A stretch of 64,000 bases of DNA. Source: Kudoa neothunni (taxonomy: Eukaryota > Animalia > Cnidaria). The position numbers were made by a program, and so were the translations under genes. The DNA lies in NCBI GenBank assembly GCA_964304625.1, contig OZ199838.1:8949537-9013536 (forward strand), read 5' to 3'. The notes under the pieces are model-generated. The model worked only from the letters and a program-made list of their open reading frames with translations. It searched no databases and was not told where the DNA came from. Of the stretch, positions 49,259 through 63,651 are shown piece by piece; position 1 is the stretch's first letter; each line of letters starts with the position of its first letter.

Positions 49259-51170
49259 AATAAATTTAAAAATTAATCTTAATGCATTCATTTCGTAATT
49301 TTCGTTAGGCCCCGTCTAAATCATGTGAAGACGTCATTCGTGTAATAATATTATTGGTTGTTTTGTCATCAATTTTTTTCTACTCAAAAAATGAGATATG
49401 AAAAATTTATTTAATTTATAATCTGTTTTAATTCTACGAGGTGGGGCGGTAAAGCAATAGTTTATATTAAGACTATTCAACCTACAAGGTCTATCACTCG
49501 CTATTTTCATGTAAAATCGTAACTGTGTTGTCTTTCAAAGTAACATATTTTTATGCTTATACTGTATTTAGGTTGTCGGTATCGTTATCTACTTAGAAAT
49601 ACGTTTTGCGTAGCTTTGAGTTGTTTAAATAACAAAAAAATTATTTCTAATCTGATTTCTGCCGGTATCTCTCAGGGACCCCATGGGCACACGCGGAATT
49701 TTTTTGAGATCGGTACAGGAAGGGTTAATAAAATCCATAATTTCGCCAAAATAATACCAACCCGAACTAACTTTTCTACCGCACCGTACATTAATCAGCT
49801 TTTCTTGGCAATTCAAACCTTGTATTTCACAATTCTTGTTATTCTGTTGTTGGAGCATAGAATCATCTAGTTATCGACCAGCAAAATAAATTTCACTGAG
49901 GGAAAACACTACAGTATAATTTCTACAACATAATAAAGCACAGTTCTCGATATTATCTCTTTTGTTTTCAACTAATACCTTACTAGTGTTCATATGAAAG
50001 ATTAGTAAGGATTATGCAGGGAAGGCTTTCGTTCATGAATGTCGCATTATTTTCGACACACCTGATTAGGAGTTTAGCATCTTAAATAATCTAAAAAGAC
50101 ATAAACAAATTACAATTACTAATTATTTTAAGCCAAAATTAATCTTTGTTTTTATGTATAATTGTGCCCAGCGCGGATTTCACCGTATTGCATAATTTCT
50201 CTCGATTGCGAATTTTTTTTCCAATCTAAAAAAGTATCGCAATATCCAGGGTCGCCCAAATATTGTAAAATTACTCCATTTTTTGTTTGTTGAACACACG
50301 CTGAAGTACACAAGATTGGTCGATAATGCGGTTCTGGCAAATTTTCTTCAGCCCGAGGAGATTGCCAAAAAATAACTTACTATACTTATTGAAGGTATTT
50401 TTAAAATTTATTATCATTCACCAATTTTCAAGTATTTACAATAAAAAGGTAAATCAAATTGTTCATTCACACCATTTGAGATGTTTTATTAAGTACAATT
50501 AATAGAGACAGGTTGTTTTGAAGCTACGTTAAAGCAGGGTTTTATAACTTACGTAATTCAAGGGAACGCCTTTAAGACACATACCATGAGTCAGCAATCT
50601 TTAAAAATACAATGAGGTGAATATAGAATAAACAGTGATGAGCCAATAAAAACAAGTGACAACATAGTTAATCCGAATTTTAAACTATGTCGCTACCTTA
50701 ACTTCAATCATCACAGGATATAGCGTCCCTCGTTATTATTACAATAGCAAAAATATTTGCGAAATGAATGTCAATAACAAAACAACAATACGAGTCGATA
50801 TTACATTAGCACATGTTAGCAGCAAAGAAAGCCATGAATCTTTTCAAGTCTATTTACAGAATTTAAATTGATCGATTCAATTAAATTATAAAAAAAATTT
50901 ATCAAGATTTAATAAACGCAAAGTAGAATAAAAATTATTGTTCGGATGGCCAAGTTTTCTAATTAATCAAGTGACACCCACCATTCATACAATGATAAGG
51001 ATTATGCGCAGGTTGTCGTTGTCAGATTAATATTACCCCCACACAGTCTGTTCCTATACAGTGAAAATAAAGTTATTTGAATGAGAGATTCTGTTTCATT
51101 TATATGATTAATATTTTAGGATTCATAAGAGGTGTAATTGGGTATTTTGTGAAGAGTCGAACATTTCGAA

Positions 51171-52243
51171 ATGGTGTCTGATTTTATTTCGGGATATATA
51201 GGAGGTAGATATAATTCTGTGTGATGAATTTTATTTAATTGTTTGTGCTCCGAACCCCTTATTTGAATTAAAATGGCATTAATAAGAATTATAATTTGTT
51301 AAAGGTTTAGCTGGAGTGGTAGTAGGTCATCCGTTTGACACGATAAAAGTGTATATACAGACAAAAAAGTGTCACTTAGGCGCTATTGGAACATTAAAAA
51401 CAATCGCCAAACAAGAAGGAGTAATTTCAACTATTTGACTTTTGCATCATGATCTACTGACATAACCAAACAAATTTAGGTCCAGGGTCTATTTAAAGGC
51501 ATGACTTCTCCACTTTATGGGACTGCGTTTCTTTGTAGTATATTATTTGGCGTCAACGGGATTTGCACTAAAACCATGCCTGAAAATGTAAGGAGTACCC
51601 CAAAAGGGCAATTTGTCGCGGGAAGTATAGCAGGATTTTCCCAAAGTTTAGTGACTTGCCCAATGGAATTGGTAAAAATTCGGATGCAACTCAACAATGC
51701 CAATTGCACCGGTTCTACGAACACTCCAAGAACAACTCTCATGCAACAAACTGCTCAAATAATCAAAGAAAAGGCTGGATACAGAACCCTCTTCAGGGGT
51801 ATGGCTATCACGTTTTTACGCGATACTCCCGGGTTTGGAGTGTATTTTGCTACCAACCAATACATCATAAACAAATACAAAGCATCATCGATAGGTAGTA
51901 ATTTGGGGGTGGTTTTTTGAATGAAAATTCGATGTTAGAAAGAAACCCATGTAACGATATGATATGTCAATTTGTGGCTGGGGGATTGGCTGGTGTTGCT
52001 TCGTGGGTTCCAAGCTATCCATTCGATGTTGTCAAAACACGCATTCAAAATTGTGTAGACCCAACCGTCGATACCAGATTTATACCTTACTTGCGAAGTC
52101 TCATAAAAAGCGAAGGTGTCGCCGTGTTGACAAGAGGGATGACAACTCAATTAGTGCGAGCATTTCCTGTCAATGCCTTCACATTCTGTGGTACCGCTAT
52201 CGCCGCCTCTATGCTTGGCATGACTTCTCCGTTCCTTTTATAA
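51171..52243 (+). CDS. Mitochondrial carrier (SLC25A29/45/48-like); exons 51171-51204, 51305-51420, 51480-51894, 51939-52243
   Basis: Three PX[DE]XXK signatures (HPFDTIK, CPMELVK, YPFDVVK), GLFKGMTSPL, RDTPGFGVYF and RAFPVNA, typical of the basic amino acid/acylcarnitine-type carrier clade. Confidence 0.92.
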
Positions 52244-55200
52244 CATTTCCTTAGAAACTCACTTATTACTTTAGATGAATTTACAACCGTGCGACACTCT
52301 TGTTTGTTAACTCTCCGATATGGTGCGGGCTCTTTCGGAACCCCTTCTAGATATATTGGGACTGCAGATTATTGTTTAAATTTGCGTCTTTATTATATTT
52401 TTACTGAATAGTGATACATTATAATTTTTTATATTCTTAAATTTCATTATTTTCTTAATTTTATTACACCTACGTAAAATTTTGTTAGTTTACTCAAATT
52501 TAATGGTGCTATTATCTGAAACAATTAGTTGCATCCAAATTTTTTATTTAAATTTTCGTGATAAAATATTTAGTTTAATTGAAATATTCTATCATTCAAA
52601 CCAATGAGACAGAACTTGTCGAAGGATTAGCCTGATGATTATCAACTGTGTATTATTTATGGAGCGTTAACTTACTAACAATATACACAGTCATTCATCA
52701 TTTTTGCGCTATTATATATATGACTAAGTATTTTTCAAATAATTTATTTTAAGGATGTAGATTATTATTTGTTGGGTATTAATTCATTAAACTACGATAT
52801 TCTATTGATTAGAGATACTTATGAAGTCTTTCAATAATAGGTAAGATCTGCCATAACAGATTGACCTTCGTAAGAACATAATGTTCAAATAACTTGCAAT
52901 ACGCCCCTTAACTTTTTTATTCTAGCAGAAAAATTGTGTTTAATATAATAGTAAACATTTATGGTTATCTTAAAACTTATCGGTGTCTTAAAATAGACCG
53001 CATACATTATTACCTGCATTTAAATAAATCTTGTAGCAAGAATTTGCGATACATATTCAATTGTATGTATCATCTTACTTAACGTTAAATATTTTTTTAT
53101 AATTAGTCATTATTATGAAAATTCTAGTTCTATTTTAATAGATCAATCATCATCTCCACTTATTGGAGTCTCGTTTTCAGTGTTAGTAATATTTTCATGG
53201 TGATGAAACCAACTGTGACAGTCAAATTGAATATCACGAGATAACTATCGTGGTTATTTAATAATTTGTCTAATAAACGAAGATAATCTTCCACACTTCG
53301 TAGCTAACAGATATTTTTTATAATATTTGATATCTCAAAACCAATTTTATTAAAAGGTAAGATTGAGATTGAAAAATTTTTCGTAATATTATATTAATTT
53401 TATAGAATCCACAACTGTAAAATGAGAATGTATAGAAGTTTTGAGAGAAAATAATAACCGGGAGACAGAACCCCTCTTTATTGGAATCTCCAAGCGTGAA
53501 TCAAGCCTAAATTTAACAGATTAAATAGACTTTTTGAGCTTGTTGGATGACAGAATTACGGTGGATTAAAATGCTCTAATTTTTGTAGATATGGTCACAC
53601 TTGTCAAGTATGAAGAATTTTAGTTTCTGTTTTGAACGTTTTGTTTGATTTCGTGCATGGGGCAAAATTGGAGCACTCATCTAGCCGCCATACTATAAAT
53701 AATCATAACCTGATTTTTAATTCATACCTTATGTAAACGAATATTTTTTACTGCCGATGTAGAGTTAGCCCTTTCAGCATAAGCTTGGACCTCACGAGCC
53801 CATCTTCTTTTATTTTGTATACATTCTGTTGTTAAACTTGTTATATTCTGTGTAGTTTTATTAGAAGTTTAACTACTTTTTAAAAAAATATTATCTATCA
53901 GTAATTGAAATCAAATAGGTTAGAATTTTGACAAAATTACGCAAAATATAAAGAGTTTATCCAGAAAATAATAGGAAGATAGGGACGTGGAACCCAAGGT
54001 TATCCTCAAAAGTTTAAAATGAGTTTTAAAATTCAAGTTCTCCCAATTTTATACTAGTTAACTTATTTATTTCGCATTTAATAAGTGTGGGGAATCTTTT
54101 CTCTCTTTTTGAGGACATCTTTTTTCATTGCGATATTATTTATATCATGCTCTTTTATCAAATTTATGAAATTTTTTGCGATTCTACGTTAATTCTTCAA
54201 TCCATTCGAATTTAATTAAGTTATTTAAAATATTTAAATCTTTTAAATTCAGTTCCACAATATATTTTTATTTTATTATTAACTCTTTTGCGACTAATGT
54301 CCCCATAGTATCCAAACAATTAATACGACTAAAAATATGTAACTATAGTTCTTCTACAGCATTTCTGCGAATATTTTTATTACTTTTAAGCCATATTTAA
54401 GTATGAATGCCATTTAATAAATTTTTATGTTCGATTTATCCATCATTTTTTTAATTTCTCATGTCGCAAAAAGTAACCGGCAAAAAAACATATATGAAAT
54501 AGATATTTGTTTAAAAAATGTACATATTATAAATCACGACATTAAGTTTGTATATACAAATTTGGAGAGGATACATAATAAAAAATACGATGATAGTGGT
54601 TAGTCGTCACGTGGGTACTAGGGTGGACATTTGGCATTCGTGGATTCCAATATTTGAACTCGTAGATCAATATTTGGTTTTCAAAAGTTCTAAATAGGGA
54701 AAAATTGTCACAGAAGTTATTATATTTCCTGACGATGATATTTCTGTTCCAGAAGAATATGTGGACGACTTCGAAATTTGTAACTGACAACATTATGTTG
54801 AAACTACAGTCGTGTCTCGATATTTCGTAATAGTTTGGGACTGAGGAAAAATTACGCAATATCGAGTCATCAACGTGCGCGTAATAACTTCTAATTTAAC
54901 ATTTCTTACAAAATAACTTATCTACTTTATAATTTTTTATTAATTTATTGATAATTTCGCGTAAGGCATCCTTAATTTGATGTACAGAAAATAATTCAAT
55001 AAGATTCTCAATGACACGTTTTTTCGCGGATTTATAAGATTTTTTACTTGAAACGTTGTAACGATTTCATCGTTCTCTATGAGATCGGGATCTTCACTCC
55101 AATAATGAAATTTACCATGATCATCTTATTTTAAATGTAAAATTTCATTTTCTTCCAACCAAACAATATCATTACACAGTATTATCTACACATATGAATA

Positions 55201-55299
55201 TTAAAATTGTTTTATTAATTACTTTATAATGTTATTTCATCATCACGTTAATTTAAATTGTTATCTTATTAATTCCTCAATAAAATTGAAGAAAAAATC

Positions 55300-56050
55300 A
55301 ATTATTTTTGTTTGGAAATAGACGGCTTATTAACTCAATTACTAATTTTTTAACCGTAATCATTCCTGGACCAATTCTAACGTATTTAAGTAATCGAATA
55401 CGGCATATTGAAATATTTTTGGGTCCTTCTCTCCGAATAACACATTTATGCATGATATTTTTCTCTAATTGGATTTTAAGGGGGGGAATTATTATCAGAT
55501 AAATTGGTTGCACAACACAAGTAGTGTTTTTGATAGAAATAGGAGCTGGATGTTTTCAAAATAATCGATTGATTAAGGACATATGAGCACTATTGTAATC
55601 AAACAAAAACCTTTCTGTTTTCATTTAATGAACCTCTGGCTCATATCCTTGAGGATTTGGTAAAATACAGATGAAGATAATCACACATTCATTTGCGAAT
55701 GGCACTAAACTGAAAGCACTTTAATTCCTTAAAACAGCGATTTTTCCTAAAATTTTATTATTATGAGAAATTGAAATTTTTCTTCGATCATTGCAGCAGT
55801 GATAAACATCATAACTAGCTTTTGAATTGTTTTACACGCTTATATTATACTGATTTTTAATAGTGGACGTACGCTGTATCAACTGTTCATAAAAATGAGC
55901 CGTCTCGTCCAAATTTAATATGTATTTCGGATTGTTTCATGACAATACCTCGTGAAAATTTCTCATCCATAGATAAATGTATTAAAAATCAGCACTCTTT
56001 TTCTCCGTGCGATTTGAGTTTTTCAGATCGTAACGCCTTCTGCAATTATT
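55300..56050 (-). pseudogene. pogo/Tigger transposase remnant
   Basis: Minus-strand KYILNLDETAHFYEQLIQRT (~55930-55865) and ENIQLLFLSKNTTCVVQPI (~55560-55500) match DDE_1 motifs. Confidence 0.7.
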
Positions 56051-56699
56051 AAACTAACCCTCGCTTCCGTTAAAATCTTTTATTCAAATATCTTTAGCAA
56101 TAATAAAAGATTATTCTGTTGTTCTGTTATTATACATAATGCGCAAAAAAGGGCACTTTCTATTCACACTATTTTTTAGGACACACACGTGCTAATATAA
56201 TTCTAATTATGTATATTGTAATTTGTAATGGATGCCGCTTATTCCCTAATTGGGTCGGGTAGCATCTGGAGGATTATGCAGGTCCTTCAACATATTCGAT
56301 CAATAAAAAAATTAGATAATAGTTTTTTTTCTCGCATTGAGACTACTCAGTTGTAACAATTATTTTAATAGCTTTATATTTCCCCGGTTTAAATATTTTT
56401 CAAGATTTTGAAATGTTTGAATCTATGGTTCCGTCTTGTTTAGACAAATTTTTATCAAGATTTAGGAGCCCTATTTTAAATTATCGAACAATATTGAAGT
56501 TAATATAAATTGGTAAACTGGAACGTTTTACAGTAATATCATTAGAACCCGATATAGACTTAAAAAAATGATAGTAATCAATTATTTTTATTTTATCTTT
56601 ATTAGTTATTTGAGAACTTGCTATGCTTTTTCTAGTGCATCCATCAGAATAAGGGGATTAAAATAAAAAAATGACTTACACAATAGCGAGGCACAAGGT

Positions 56700-58661
56700 T
56701 TCTCCTAACTTTCTTAATATCCGCTTGTTTAAAATTTTGATTTTTTCGTATAATTATCCATTTAAGCATACTGAATATGACTTTTTTGTTTTATTTAGTG
56801 AATTAAAGCACATAATGCTAATAAAGCTAAATTACGCAGTATCGAGTCACGCAATATTCGGAGCACAACTGTATCTCGGAAACAATTTACGATTCAGAGA
56901 GTTCTGATGACGAAATTGTCGATACGTTTAAATGGAGTATATAAAACAATACTGACAACATTCCAAAAGAAACAGAAAACGAACATGGCGATTTTAATGA
57001 AGTTACCGACCTGGTTTTGCCGATTGGTTATTTCAATTTTTTTGGTGAGGATTCGTTCGAGGAAATCACTGAACAGAAAAATTTATACTCCATACAAGAT
57101 AACTCTAGTTTTATAGTTGATAAAAAGATATATAAAGTATATAGGAGTATTGATTATGATGGAAGTCATCAAAATTCCACGATAATATTGCTATTAGGAA
57201 AACCCCCTCAATTATCCTACTATTACTGAATGTTTGTCAAGAGTGAAATTTGAAAATGTATGCAAATATATACATTTTACTGACAATTCAGAAATTATAA
57301 CAAACCCCTATCATCTTGATTATGATAAATTTGCTAAAATTTGGCCAGTTTTGAATTCCGCTAGAAAATACCGTTTGTTAGTCCAACTTGATAAAAAAAT
57401 TTCATAACGAATAATACCTCCCGAATAACCCAGCGAAGTGGGGTTTCAAGGTGTTCGCTAGGTGCAGAGTAAATGTAATGGTGCACGATTTTCATATTAT
57501 ACGACGGACATAGACGTAAAGTTTCAATAAGTTGTGGATTGGTATCTGGTGACTTCGTGATAAAATTGTGCCAAAGTTTACCTTCATCCAAAATACACTT
57601 TGGGTATTTTGACAATTGGTTTATCTCGATTCCCTTCAGATCTACCTGAAAAAAAGAAATATTTCTTCTGTGGGTACAATTCTTAAGAATAGAGTTAAAG
57701 GATGCCCATTAAAAGGTTAAATGGTTATGATAAAACAGGTGGAGGAACCTACGAAACCATTCACAAATCCAACGACGGAATTTCCATAACACACTGGTTT
57801 GACGGATCCATTGCTACACTCTCCTCAATTCATTCATCGACGGAACCAATAAAGTCTGTGAAGAGATTTGATAGATAGAAAATAAGAACGCTTACTATTC
57901 CATGTCCTGCAGTTTCCGCGGAATACAATAGCAGTATGGGCGGAGTCGACTTGTTTGACATGCTTATGTCGCTCTGTTATAAACCATAAAAGCAGAAGAT
58001 ATTATTTTAAGATTTTCTTTTGGGCTCTGAATACATGTATTGTAAATGCATGGTGACTCCACAAAAATAATTGTACCATTAGAATTGTTTTGAAAAATGA
58101 AACATTAGATTTAATGCATTTTTCATTAAAAATAAGTGAAACCCTTTGCTATTATCGTTAAGTATCTTGTGCCCTCAGAGAACGTGGTACACCATCTTTA
58201 AATAACTTTATGGGAAAAAATGACACTATTGAAAGCGAAAATATTCCAGAAAAATCAAATCCACTTATCGGTCAAATAGAATTCGACCACACTGGGCATT
58301 ACCAGGAGATAGTGTCTTCAAAGTCTATATGTAGATTATGTCAACGAAAACCCCAATTTATGTGTATAAAATGTCATTGCTATTGCCGCCTGACAAAAAA
58401 TAGGAACTGTTTTATGCAATTACCATATCGAAAACCTACAAAATCTTTACAAATCAAAACGATTTACTTTAATGCGAAAATGAGCGAGAAAAATTATTGT
58501 TTTACCACGAATGCCAAATGTCTATCGTAGTACCCAGATTAAAACACATTCTAAAGATTATATAGCAACTTTTAATTCGATAAGTATCAATAAAATTGGA
58601 ATAACTAGAGTTTATAAATATGAAAAAATTAAAAAAAAATCAAAAATTCGTCAAGAAAGGG
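56700..58661 (+). mobile_element. Decayed piggyBac (PGBD3-like) transposon
   Basis: NPAKWGFKVFARC, YFDNWFIS, EYNSSMGGVDLFD and the C-terminal Cys-rich CRLC..CIKC..C..NCF. Right end CGTCAAGAAAGGG|CTAA. The left boundary is uncertain. Confidence 0.85.
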
Positions 58662-58686
58662 CTAAGTTGAATTTAACCCCTTAACG

Positions 58687-61542
58687 CAGTGGAGGGCACA
58701 AAATGCGGCCCGCGGACGGGTTTAAAGGATGAAAAATTTCGTTAGCATTTACGTGTTTTCGAAATCTAGTAACGCCAAGACAGCATTTGTCTTACATAAA
58801 TAAATAAAAAACTTTTTGATGAATATTATGGATTTTTAAAAGTTAATTTTACGCGATTTTAAACTATAATTATTTATAATAGAGGTGTATCAAAATTTAT
58901 CATTTTGAAGTGGGAATAGTTTTTTTATTCATTTACTTAATTTCCTCGAGTGAGAACTCGCTCAAACTTCCCTTGTTAATTGTAATTGTCGACTCCACGT
59001 GTTTGTAGAATTAAACAAACATGCCCTCCCGAAAGCGTACAGTTGTTGATGAAAACCGTAATTTTAATGATGATTGGACTCACGAATATTTCTTCACCAA
59101 TTCAATGAATAGAGCGATGTGCTTGCTTTGTCTCGAATCGGTCGCCGTATTAAAGGGATATAACTTGAAATAGCATCACAAAACGAAATCTCTAATCCAA
59201 GAAAACGAATCTGGAGCAAGTTTTATGATATCATATAACATTGCTCGGCGAAACAAACCATTTTTAGAAGGCGAATTTGTGAAAGGGTGTTTAATGAATT
59301 GTGCTAGCGTTGTTTGTCCGGAATTGAAAAAAAAGTTTGAAAATATTCTATTATCAAGAAGGATAGTTGTGCGTCGTATAGAAATGATAAGTGAAAATTT
59401 AAGCCAACAGTTAAAAGATTAAGCAAAGATTTTGTGTGTTATTCATTGGCTTTAGATGAAAGCACAGATATTAGAGACACCGCACAATTGCTTATTTTTG
59501 TACTCGGAGTAGACCCTAATTTTTGTATCACTGAAAAATTACTTTCTATGGAACCGATGAGAAGTACAACAACTGGGCAAGATTTGTTTGAATGTGTGGT
59601 TAAAGCAGTTGAAAACAATGAATTACCTCGGAGTAAATTAACAAGTGTAACAACTGATAGCTCTCACTCTTTATTGGGAAAGAATTTGGGAATGATTAGA
59701 CTTTTGAATGAAAATCTTAAAAAAAGTGATTCTGAACCATGCTTTTCTGTCATTTCCCGGTATTTTGCATCAAGAAAGTTTGTGTAAATCTGCATTAAGT
59801 TTAAGCCACATTGTAACTCCAGTTGTGAACACAATAAATATAACTCGTTCAAGAGCTCTGAATCACCGTTAGTTCAGATCGTTGTTAAATGATCTTGATT
59901 CTGAGTATGGACATGTTATCTACCATAACAATGTACGATGATTGAGTTTAGGAAAAGTTTTGAAAAGATTTGATTATCTGGGAGACGAAATTAAGGCTTT
60001 TCTTAAAATGAAAGATTTTAATAGTGAGTTTATCCATAATATAAACTGTGATGAATGGAGGTTTGAGCTTATGTTCGCAGTTGACTTCTTTGAAATCTCA
60101 ATAAATTAAACCTAAAGTCGCAAGGTAAACAATTCATGGTTTATGAAATGTTCAACCACATTAAATCTTTTGAAGCGGAACTATCTCTTTTTATAAACCA
60201 AATAAATGAAGGGAAATTTACTCACTTTCCATTGCTTGCAGAAGAAAAAATGCCTCCAACTATTGGTTTTAAAATAAAAAGCCATCTAAAATCTTTATTA
60301 GATGAGTTGAATAGAAGATTTAAAACTTTCGACAGGTTGAACCAAAATTTCAAATAATCACATCGTTATTCTCTATTGATGCCAACACGACTGTCGACTA
60401 GCTTCAGCTTGAACTGATAGATGTTCAGTTTGATAGTTTATTAAAAGAATTGTTTGTTGTTGTTCCATTAGTATAATTTTACAATTAGTTACCTGTTAAG
60501 AGTTTTCCATGCCTTAGAAATTTCGTTACAGGAATATTTTCTATGTTTGGGTCAATCTATATTTGTATTTGTGAGCAAAGTTTCTCCTGTATGAAAATTA
60601 ATAAAAACAAGAATAGGTCTTTGCTGTCAAACAAAAATCTAGAGGCCGTATTCAGGATATCTTGAAGCAACCTAAAACCGAACCTTAAGCTATTAGTTCA
60701 TGAAAATATTTAATGATTTTTTTCCTTTTAATTTTCGTTTTATCAAGCGTCCCAAGTGCAACACTAATCACTTCAGAGTTGAAGTCTTACGATAAATATA
60801 ATTTTTATTAATTGATATAATTAGAGGAAATTGAAATAAATAATAAAAAGTAGGGAATAATAAGTTATGTTAACTCTTCCTGGTGGAATTATTATTATAA
60901 AAAATATATTTACAAAACCTTAAAAGATGAATGTTACATCGATACTTACCAAAAATTAAGATTTTTTTTAATTTCATGTAATTTTAATCATAATTTGGGA
61001 TTGTAATATTCCCTAATAAATTTTTATAAAATTATTTCTGTAATTTGATTATATTTGTCACGAAAAATTTAATGTAATCTGAAATATTATAAATCTAATT
61101 AATTTTTATTAGTTTAATTATATTCAAATGTATAATTTAGGTCTCGTTTTAAAGTACATGTTATATTGAATTTGATGCTTAAAATAATTATAAATAATTG
61201 TATCAGTGTCATTTTTTAAATATTTCATGTGTAGTTAATGAGTAACATTAACTTTTCATAACTTTAGTTATAATTAAAATTTATTAAGTATAAAACCTAT
61301 TATTTCGATTGGAACTTGCAATAGTATGTCGATCACAAAACTTTTATATTTATATTTATAAAAATTATTTAATTCTTTTTTTAAACTAATCTGTAGACCA
61401 ACTTGTTTATTGTACCAAAAATGTTAGAAAAGCCACCAATAGGTATTTAAGTTATCAGAAAACACTTAATCAACAGTTTGGCCCCTAAGCATCTGTAATG
61501 AGCCAATGTGGCCCGCAGATCCAATAGTTGGGCCCACCACTG
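58687..61542 (+). mobile_element. Decayed hAT transposon (Buster/Charlie, GTF2IRD2-like transposase), second family
   Basis: TIRs CAGTGGAGGGCACAA / TTGGGCCCACCACTG (13 of 15) with GGCCCGC subterminal motifs. Transposase fragments KPFLEGEFVK, YSLALDESTDIRDTAQLLIFV, YHNNVR*LSLGKVLKRF, CEQSFSCMKINK. No TSD is evident. Confidence 0.9.
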
Positions 61543-62559
61543 CAAAGTCTACATTAGTTAATCGATTTTCCGCACTTTGGGAAATCTTACAATAAACGTT
61601 TTAGAAAGTTTATAAGTTTCAATGAATCATTATAACTCCCTTTTGTTATAATATTTGAGAAATATTAAAGCAGTAAAACACTATTTTCTTAGTTTTTTGA
61701 CGAAAAAAGAATTAACCGACTTTTCGCACATTTTCCAACATTTAATCCTATTTTTGCTCCTGGGAGCATGCGACAAAATATAATGTTCCCTTAGTTGGAT
61801 GGCAAATTCGTATAATGTATACATATTCTTTATCTCGTTCTCCTTAAAACGGGTTTTTATCAATCATATTTTGTTATCTTTGATAAACGTACATATTACG
61901 TTACGATAATTATAACTTCCACTTGGATACAAATCCCATTTATGAACATTTACTGGTCGCTTTATCATGTTATTTCCTGTATTTTCTGGAGGTATTCTAC
62001 GTCAAGAGAAATACGAGAATCATAATACAATAAGTAACGAATTTTCCGCACTTTTTGAAAACCTATTTAGTTAGAATATTGATTGGTCATTGTTTATAGA
62101 ATGTTTCTTATAATATTTCAATCAAAATTTTTATAAAAGTTATTTAATAAAAAGCTGTGAAATAATGTAACTAAAAGTCACGTGATTGAGAAATTTCACA
62201 CACTTTTTTCGGATACTTCGTGTTTATTGTTTAGTTAAGCCAATATTTAATGCCAACAAACTCCTAAAACTATACCTATTGCCGAGAAGTACGATATTAC
62301 TTATTATTGTGAATGTCTCTATTGTAAACGCAAGAGAGAGACACCACAAAGCAACAATAACAACAATAATGATAATAATCGCGCCCCCTAGCTAATGGTT
62401 TGTTAATCTCCTGTATTAATCTACCAACATAACAGTCTCCAATCTAATGACCCAAAAATTGTCACTGTATCACGTTTTAAAATATCTATTATTTCGACTC
62501 CTAATGGCATCCTAGAGATGAAAAATAAAATAATCAAAACCTATATATGCTGTTAGAAT

Positions 62560-62910
62560 CTAAAAATAGAAATTATTTGTATGTGGGAAAATTTAATTCT
62601 GTTGATGAAGATGTATAAGAGTGGATTGGGTGGCCACGAAACAAAAAGATTGTAGTAAGCGTTGTCACATTAATCTTCAAGAAGAAACAATTAGCCAAAG
62701 GTAAAGGTTTACGTTCATGTGCAATTCGTTGAGGGTTTCGTTGTTTTAAAAAATGTCCAACATTAAAAAATCAAATTTTATTAGCTAATTTGTTGATGCT
62801 ACATCCGAAACCATTTCAGAGCAGACCAATTAAATCAGAACATTTTCTAAAAGATACCCTGAAAATTTTATTTACAGCGTAGACGAAATTGCCTTATTCT
62901 ATCGATAGCA
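62560..62910 (+). pseudogene. pogo/Tigger transposase remnant
   Basis: RYPENFIYSVDEIALFYR at ~62852-62905 resembles the IYNADETGLFYR motif. Confidence 0.55.
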
Positions 62911-63651
62911 ACAAGGGGAGTATTTCATAGATCGTTGAAAAATGTCCTTGTGCTGTTGACACATTTCTCAAGTTTTAATTATTTTTTAAAAATTAATATA
63001 CAGCTAACTGGCCTTTTTAAACGTAACTAAAGCAATATTGAATGTCAATTTTTTTTCTGAAATACTCGCGCACGCAAGTGTGTGAAATTAGACGCGACCA
63101 ATTTGACGCATTTTTTTCTTGGTCCGGAGAAAAATTACGTGAATTATTATATTTCTTACTGTAATATAATAATTCTAATTATAATAGATGTAGTCATAAT
63201 AATAATAAAGTGTAAACGTATTGACGAGAATTCTTTTTTGCTTAGAGTACATGTCGTACATCCTATAATTTAGATTGGTTCGTAAGGGCCAGTTATTATA
63301 CTGTAAACTGAATGTAATATACTATTTAATAATATAGTTTAAATAAAATGAGGGTGGAATAATATTGTTGTATAAATTTGTAGGACCCAACTAAATTTTT
63401 CCCCTGTGGCGCGGGCATAAAAAAGTGCGAAAAATCTGTTACTCCCTGTAGTAATTCTTGGAGCACTCGGAAGATTAACCAAAACTATACACCGATTTGC
63501 TTCACTACGATCCCGCTCTCAATATTTACGAAGGCTACCGAATTTTAAACCAAACGCAAGGGCCTTCGATATTGGGACGATAAAACCGATAACTTTCGGC
63601 GTCTGATTCAAAAACAATTGAATATATTTTCGAATAGTCAAATATCATAAA

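Noticed and set aside
58673-58686. TTAACCCCTTAACG piggyBac-like left end (and a GAAGAAGG|TTAA right-end-like motif near 21195)
   Set aside because: No partner TIR identified for either.
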